Source of the DNA: Calditrichia bacterium
GTDB taxonomy: Bacteria; Calditrichota; Calditrichia; JAJRVZ01
Assembly: GCA_963796965.1 (NCBI GenBank)
Contig: CAWCNS010000005.1
Location: 1 to 64,000, forward strand
Direction: 5' to 3'
DNA length: 64,000 nt
This document shows positions 58,773 through 64,000 of the stretch, piece after piece. The position numbers and the translations under genes are program-made. Each line of letters starts with the position of its first letter. Within the stretch, counting starts at the first letter, position 1. The notes below the pieces were generated by a model. It saw only the letters and a list, made by a program, of their open reading frames with translations, made no database searches and was not told the DNA's origin.

Positions 58773-60181
58773 TGAAAATCCGTATTCGCCTGACCTTGTG
58801 GTTTTTTTCAATCATCTTGCTCATTTTGTTAATCTTTAGTCTTGGCACTTATTGGGGTATGCAGAGATTGCTGTATGAAGCCATGGATAAGGAATTGGAT
58901 GTTCTGGCCAGTTCAATTGAAAGAAGTTATGATCCGTTTTTTAACAAATTTTCTGAACTGGATTTTTTACATGATAACGAAAATCGCTTTCTCGAGTACT
59001 ATTTGCTGGTATATAATAAAAACGCAAAACCTGTCTATATTTCGCCACTTAGCACCATCATTTCATTTGATATTCCGCTTCAGGACGATAAAATTGAAAC
59101 GGGTTTCACACTAAAAACAAAAGTTACGGAAAATATCCCCTACTTAAATCCAGGTCCGGAGGGAGAAACCACATTTCGTCTCATTTGCAGACAATTGTAT
59201 TATAAGGAGCATCGTGTCGGATGGATTGTTGTAGGCCTATCGATTGAACGTATCAAGGAGTCGATGGAAAATTTATTAGACGTACTCCTGGGATCAATAT
59301 TAATCAGTATTCTAATTCTGGCTTTTGTCAGCTATCTGCTTACACGTAAAGCTTTGGATCCGGTTAATATCATTACAAAAAAGGCCAATCGGATAAGCCA
59401 AAATAATCTTGAGGAAAGAATACAGGTTCCGGTTGAAAATGATGAGCTGGGGCAACTATCGCAGGTGTTGAATAATTTATTGGATCGACTACAATTGGCA
59501 TTTGCAACACAGCAACAATTCTTAGCCGATGCAGCCCATGAATTAAAAACACCACTATCAGTGTTACGTGCCCATTGGGAGAGCGAATTAAATAATGCCA
59601 AACTGTCTTTGGAAATTAAAGAAAAATTGGTACAGGATATTGAAACGATCGCCCGCTTGTCTCATCTGATCAATAATTTACTGCTTCTTTCTAAAACAGA
59701 AGCCGTACGTTCGACCTTTGATTTTGATTTGGTGCAACTTGATGAAATTATAAACGAGGTTCTGAGCGATGCCCGGGTCTTAGCAGATATGAAATCGCAG
59801 AATATTGAAGTTATTAATTTGCATCCGGTGAAAATAAATGGAGATCGGATGCGTTTATATCAGCTCTTTTTTAATATCATAGACAATTCAATTAGGTATG
59901 GATCGGAATCCGGGAAAATATGGATAACATTAAAACCGGGAGATGAGTGGAATATTGTTGAAATCAGTGATAATGGTCCGGGAATCTCACAACAAGACTT
60001 ACCGCATATATTTGATCGGTTCTACAGGTCCCAAAAAGATCGGGCCCGAAAAACGGGCGGAAGTGGATTGGGTTTGTCCATTTGTCAGTTGATAGTCCAA
60101 TCCCACGAGGGAAAAATTGAAGTCGAAAGTGAAACAGGAAAAGGTAGTATTTTTCGAGTAAAACTTCCTGTTATTGCATAA
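58772..60181 (+). CDS. HAMP-domain sensor histidine kinase
   Basis: Two TMs, HAMP, ADAAHELKTPL, DNGPGI, GSGLGL. Confidence 0.92.
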   Translation: MKIRIRLTLWFFSIILLILLIFSLGTYWGMQRLLYEAMDKELDVLASSIERSYDPFFNKFSELDFLHDNENRFLEYYLLVYNKNAKPVYISPLSTIISFDIPLQDDKIETGFTLKTKVTENIPYLNPGPEGETTFRLICRQLYYKEHRVGWIVVGLSIERIKESMENLLDVLLGSILISILILAFVSYLLTRKALDPVNIITKKANRISQNNLEERIQVPVENDELGQLSQVLNNLLDRLQLAFATQQQFLADAAHELKTPLSVLRAHWESELNNAKLSLEIKEKLVQDIETIARLSHLINNLLLLSKTEAVRSTFDFDLVQLDEIINEVLSDARVLADMKSQNIEVINLHPVKINGDRMRLYQLFFNIIDNSIRYGSESGKIWITLKPGDEWNIVEISDNGPGISQQDLPHIFDRFYRSQKDRARKTGGSGLGLSICQLIVQSHEGKIEVESETGKGSIFRVKLPVIA

Positions 60182-60547
60182 TTCATGTTGAATTTAACTC
60201 CCTCCAAAATAATATTTGCTATTAAACCACAAATTTTCTTTTTTTGATTTTTTGACTATATGATGCAGTAAAATTTAAATTTATCCAACTCTCATTTCTA
60301 TCATTTCTCAAAAATAATTCATATTTCTTCATCAAAAATTCATTTTACTCTCTTACCATTAACTGTACATAAAAGACTAAAAACCAGGCACTCTTTTACA
60401 AAAGTGAAGAGTGAAGATGTGACAGCGATTATCAGTGGGATTTTATCTGTATTGCATGTATTTTGATTGATCTATGGGAGTGTATTTTTTGAAAATATTT
60501 ATTCCTTTTATTTTTCATACAACCCAATAATAACACAGGAGGATAAA

Positions 60548-61117
60548 ATGAAACAGTCTCTCAAAAATATCAACCTGATTGCCGAAGAATATTCAATGGA
60601 TAAGATGAGAAATTATATCAGGGATATAGGAAGTCCTAATGGATTGAGGCGTCAACATGCCAGATTGGCCATGGTGGCAATTGGCGAGCCGGCAATAGAC
60701 ATCTTGGCCGTATTGTCAATCCATCCGCGATGGGTAATTCGTTGGGAAGCGGTTAAGGCGCTTTCTCAAATGAAGAATGCAGTTACGGCCCCGTTACTGA
60801 TTAATGCTCTTGAGGACGAACACGATAGTGTGCGCTGGGTTGCTTCCTATGGATTAATTGCTTTGGGCAAACAAGGCCTGACAGCCCTCTTTGAGGCGCT
60901 CAGTTCTTACAAGTCAACCGTTTCCCTAAGGCAGGGTGCCGATTATGTGATCAAAGAGATATTAAAACGCTTTTCCTTGAATGATATAGAAGAACTAATT
61001 GCCAATCTGGAAGATATAAGCAATTACAAGGGATCACCGTTTAGTGCCAAGAGGATTCTGAATACAATGTTAAATAACAATAACAATCTAACGGAAAGTT
61101 CCTCACAAAAGAATTGA
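60548..61117 (+). CDS. HEAT-repeat protein
   Basis: RWEAVKAL, LINALEDEHDSVRWVASYGL; SD GGAGG before ATG 60548. Confidence 0.75.
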   Translation: MKQSLKNINLIAEEYSMDKMRNYIRDIGSPNGLRRQHARLAMVAIGEPAIDILAVLSIHPRWVIRWEAVKALSQMKNAVTAPLLINALEDEHDSVRWVASYGLIALGKQGLTALFEALSSYKSTVSLRQGADYVIKEILKRFSLNDIEELIANLEDISNYKGSPFSAKRILNTMLNNNNNLTESSSQKN

Positions 61118-61125
61118 GATTCATT

Positions 61126-61205
61126 ATGAATATTGCACACTTACTGATTCCTGAGATAAGTGATCTGATTGAACAGAATGACGGGATCAATTAAAAGAAT
61201 GTAAT
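61126..61205 (+). pseudogene. Possible 5' stub of an MgtE magnesium transporter gene
   Basis: MNIAHLLIPEISDLIEQND resembles MgtE N-termini (recognition from memory). Confidence 0.35.
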
Positions 61206-61237
61206 TGATGAGAATATTTTAAATTGAGGTGTTTATT

Positions 61238-61996
61238 ATGGGGATACGGTTTAAAATATTATTTGGATTTTTGACATTAGTGATCATGTTGTTTATTGCC
61301 GGTGTTTGGTCCATTTATGAGTTAAATTCAATTGGCTCTTTTATACCAAAAATGTTAGATGAAAACTATCAGAGCATACATGCTGCAAAAAAAATGATTG
61401 AAGCTCTGGAAAGAGAAGATAGTGCTGTTTTACTGCTTCTGCTAGGAAAGGCGGACAAGGGCAGATCATTATTACTTACGGCCGATAGTCTGTTCAATGA
61501 AAACTATAAATTTGCCTATATGAACATTACAATGCCCGGAGAACAAGACCAACTTAATACCATAATATCACGCTATGAAGAATATAAAAAGTTATGGCAA
61601 CGACCTATAGTTAGCACAGAAAGAGAAGGCAACATTGAATGGTATTTTCAAAATACTCATAACACCTTTTTATCGGTAAAGTCTTCCCTTGAGGATCTCA
61701 TTAACCTCAACGATAAAACTATGTATCAAGTGGCTTCAGATCTGGAGAAGCGATCTGAAAGAGCAATAATGCCTGGTATCGTAGCAATTATATCAGCCCT
61801 GGTCTTTACCCTTATTTTTAATTTTCTTGTAAACTTCTATGTCGTTGGGCCAATTATTAAAATAACAGACCGAATTCGGAGATTTAAAGAAAACAAAACA
61901 CCCTTCGATGTCTCCATTGAAACCAGAGATGAGTTCTTTTATTTATCAAATGAGATTAGTGACTTGTGTACCCTGGTAAGTTCAAAGGATATATAA
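61238..61996 (+). CDS. Four-helix-bundle sensor domain + HAMP membrane protein without an output domain
   Basis: TM, ENYQSIHAAKKMIEALER, NITMPGE, second TM, HAMP-like end. Confidence 0.7.
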   Translation: MGIRFKILFGFLTLVIMLFIAGVWSIYELNSIGSFIPKMLDENYQSIHAAKKMIEALEREDSAVLLLLLGKADKGRSLLLTADSLFNENYKFAYMNITMPGEQDQLNTIISRYEEYKKLWQRPIVSTEREGNIEWYFQNTHNTFLSVKSSLEDLINLNDKTMYQVASDLEKRSERAIMPGIVAIISALVFTLIFNFLVNFYVVGPIIKITDRIRRFKENKTPFDVSIETRDEFFYLSNEISDLCTLVSSKDI

Positions 61997-61998
61997 AA

Positions 61999-63454
61999 AT
62001 GAGATTTCACATTGTTTTAAGATACATTGCCCTTGCACTTGTCTTCAATTCAATATTTATGATAATTTCATCAATTATATCGTTGGTTTATTCCGATGAT
62101 GCATTCATGCCTTTATTATATTCCGGTTTAGTAACCGCTCTATTGGGCATATTTCCTCTGATATTTGTACCGGCGACGTCCACAATTACTAACAAGGAAG
62201 GGCATTTGATTATCGTCAGTAGTTGGTTAATGTCTTGTCTGGTTGGCATGCTTCCTTATCTTATGTGGGGTGGCCCCTTTTCCTTCACGAATGCATGGTT
62301 TGAGACAGTCTCTGGTTTTACTACGACTGGTTCATCCATTCTTAGTAATATAGAAGCGTTGCCTCACGGATTGCTATTCTGGAGGGCCTCGACCCACTGG
62401 ATAGGGGGAATCGGTATTATTATATTTGTACTATCTGTTTTGCCCTTTCTTGGTATTGCTGAAATTGTGCTTTACCGAACTGAAATATCTTCTTTAGCTA
62501 GAGAAAATTTTCATAATCGCGCGAGAAAAGCAATTCATATCCTCGTAGGTGTCTATGGTGGCTTAACACTTTTTGAAATAATCGCTTTAATTCTTTGTGG
62601 TATGAATATTTTCGATGCAATTACACATTCCTTTGCTACAATTGCCACAGGAGGATTTTCAACCAAAAATGCGAGCATTGGATATTTTAACAATCCGTTA
62701 ATTGATATTGTTATTATTATTTTCATGATCCTGTCGGGTATACATTTTGCGACATTATTTTCGGTTATTACAGGTCATATTCGAGACTTCTGGAAATCAG
62801 CGGTGGTTAGATATTATCTTCTCGCGCTGCTGATAGGAATTATCATAATTACTCTAAATGTGCATGGCAAGAACTATCCAAATTGGAACGAGGCAATCCG
62901 CTATGCTTCTTTTCAGGTAGTCTCTATTGGTACGTCTACCGGTTTTGCGTCAACAGACACGGACTGTTTGGCCATCTCTTTCCCAATTGATTCTTATATA
63001 CTTCGCACTACAATGTGCTTGTTCCGGGTCAACTTCCGGTGGTATTAAGGTCGAGCGTGTACTTCTAATTGGCAAAGGATTTATAAAATATTTGAAGAAG
63101 CTGATGCATCCCAATGCTGTTATACCGTTACATCTTGATAGACATGTGATCAAAGATAATGTTTTTACAAAAAGTATCCTCTATATTGTGCTCTATCTTG
63201 TAATTATATTACTCAACACAATCATTCTAAGTGCACTAGGTGTTGATAATCTATCGGCTTTTACAGGTACGGTTGCAACGATAGGCAATGTCGGTCCCGG
63301 ATTAAGCACCGTCGGATCGACCGGAAATTTTAACCATATTCCTGAATTGGGTAAATGGGCCTTATCCATTACAATGCTTATAGGACGACTGGAGATATAT
63401 GCGTTTTTTATATTTTTTACAAGAGCGCAGTGGCGAAAGACGGTTTCCTATTAA
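61999..63454 (+). CDS. trkH: TrkH potassium uptake permease; one frameshift
   Basis: FETVSGFTTTG, WIGGIG, IATGGFS, GSTSGGIK, GNVGPG, GRLE. Confidence 0.92.
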
Positions 63455-63616
63455 ATTTTAAAATGTACCCGTATAAATATGCTAAAATAACCATTAAACT
63501 ACTTCAAAATCTTTCTTTCCCTTCATTTGTTCTTCATTATTAGTGTATATATTTTTTCATGTGTGTCCGGTAAAAAAAATGAATCAATTTTTTAACAAAA
63601 ATTATCACTCAAAAAT

Positions 63617-63710
63617 CCCTTCTCTTCTTCACGAGAAGCGTTCCTTAAAGTCCCTCTCTTATTAAGAGAGGGATTTTCCCGAAAGGGACGCCTTTGGCAA
63701 AAGTGAGTTC
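63617..63710. repeat. Cluster of short GC-rich palindromes (REP-like)
   Basis: TCCCTCTCTTATTAAGAGAGGGA and TCCCGAAAGGGA hairpins. Confidence 0.5.
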
Positions 63711-64000
63711 TTTAAATCAAGTTTTTACTGGGAAATTAATAAAATCATTTGATATCGTGTTGTTTAGGAATACATATTTAAATCTTAAGCGGACACTTGT
63801 GATATTTTTTATAAATTTAAAATGATCGGATAAGAACACTACTTATTGAAGCCTCTAATTATTCATATCTTTTTCTTTGAAAATTCCAAGGAATACTTCT
63901 GTGTAAAATTCATAATGCGAAACATATAAAACATCGACGGCGTTTTTCATTAAAATATAACCGCGACCAGAACGTGCCCCGCTTTTCAATGGATTGTTTT

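Overview
64 kb of AT-rich bacterial DNA from an FCB-superphylum organism. Calditrichota/KSB1/Ignavibacteria-like origin is inferred from the many QNYPNPFNP secretion-tail proteins and ordinary Shine-Dalgarno sites. Most long genes are split by single-base indels, which looks like long-read assembly error. Four degenerate tRNA-Leu 3' fragments (1805-1890, 16984-17060, 25985-26044, 55812-55864) divide the window into apparent tandem islands. (i) A hybrid two-component system followed by six tandem secreted proteins with near-identical C-terminal tails. (ii) A ~9 kb region of mobile-DNA debris: integrase, IS and IstB remnants, an attC-flanked cassette and a Fic stub. (iii) A ~30 kb SusD-less glycan utilisation locus with a TonB receptor, GH38, GH115-like protein, mannose-6-P isomerase, sulfatases and secreted enzymes. 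(iv) Housekeeping-like DNA: degP, a two-component system and trkH. The most unusual signal is three non-coding arrays with a 23-bp period (~19105-19310, 24722-25045, 51928-52274) behind a shared head motif. Two of them are near-identical copies whose only length difference is exactly one 23-bp unit.
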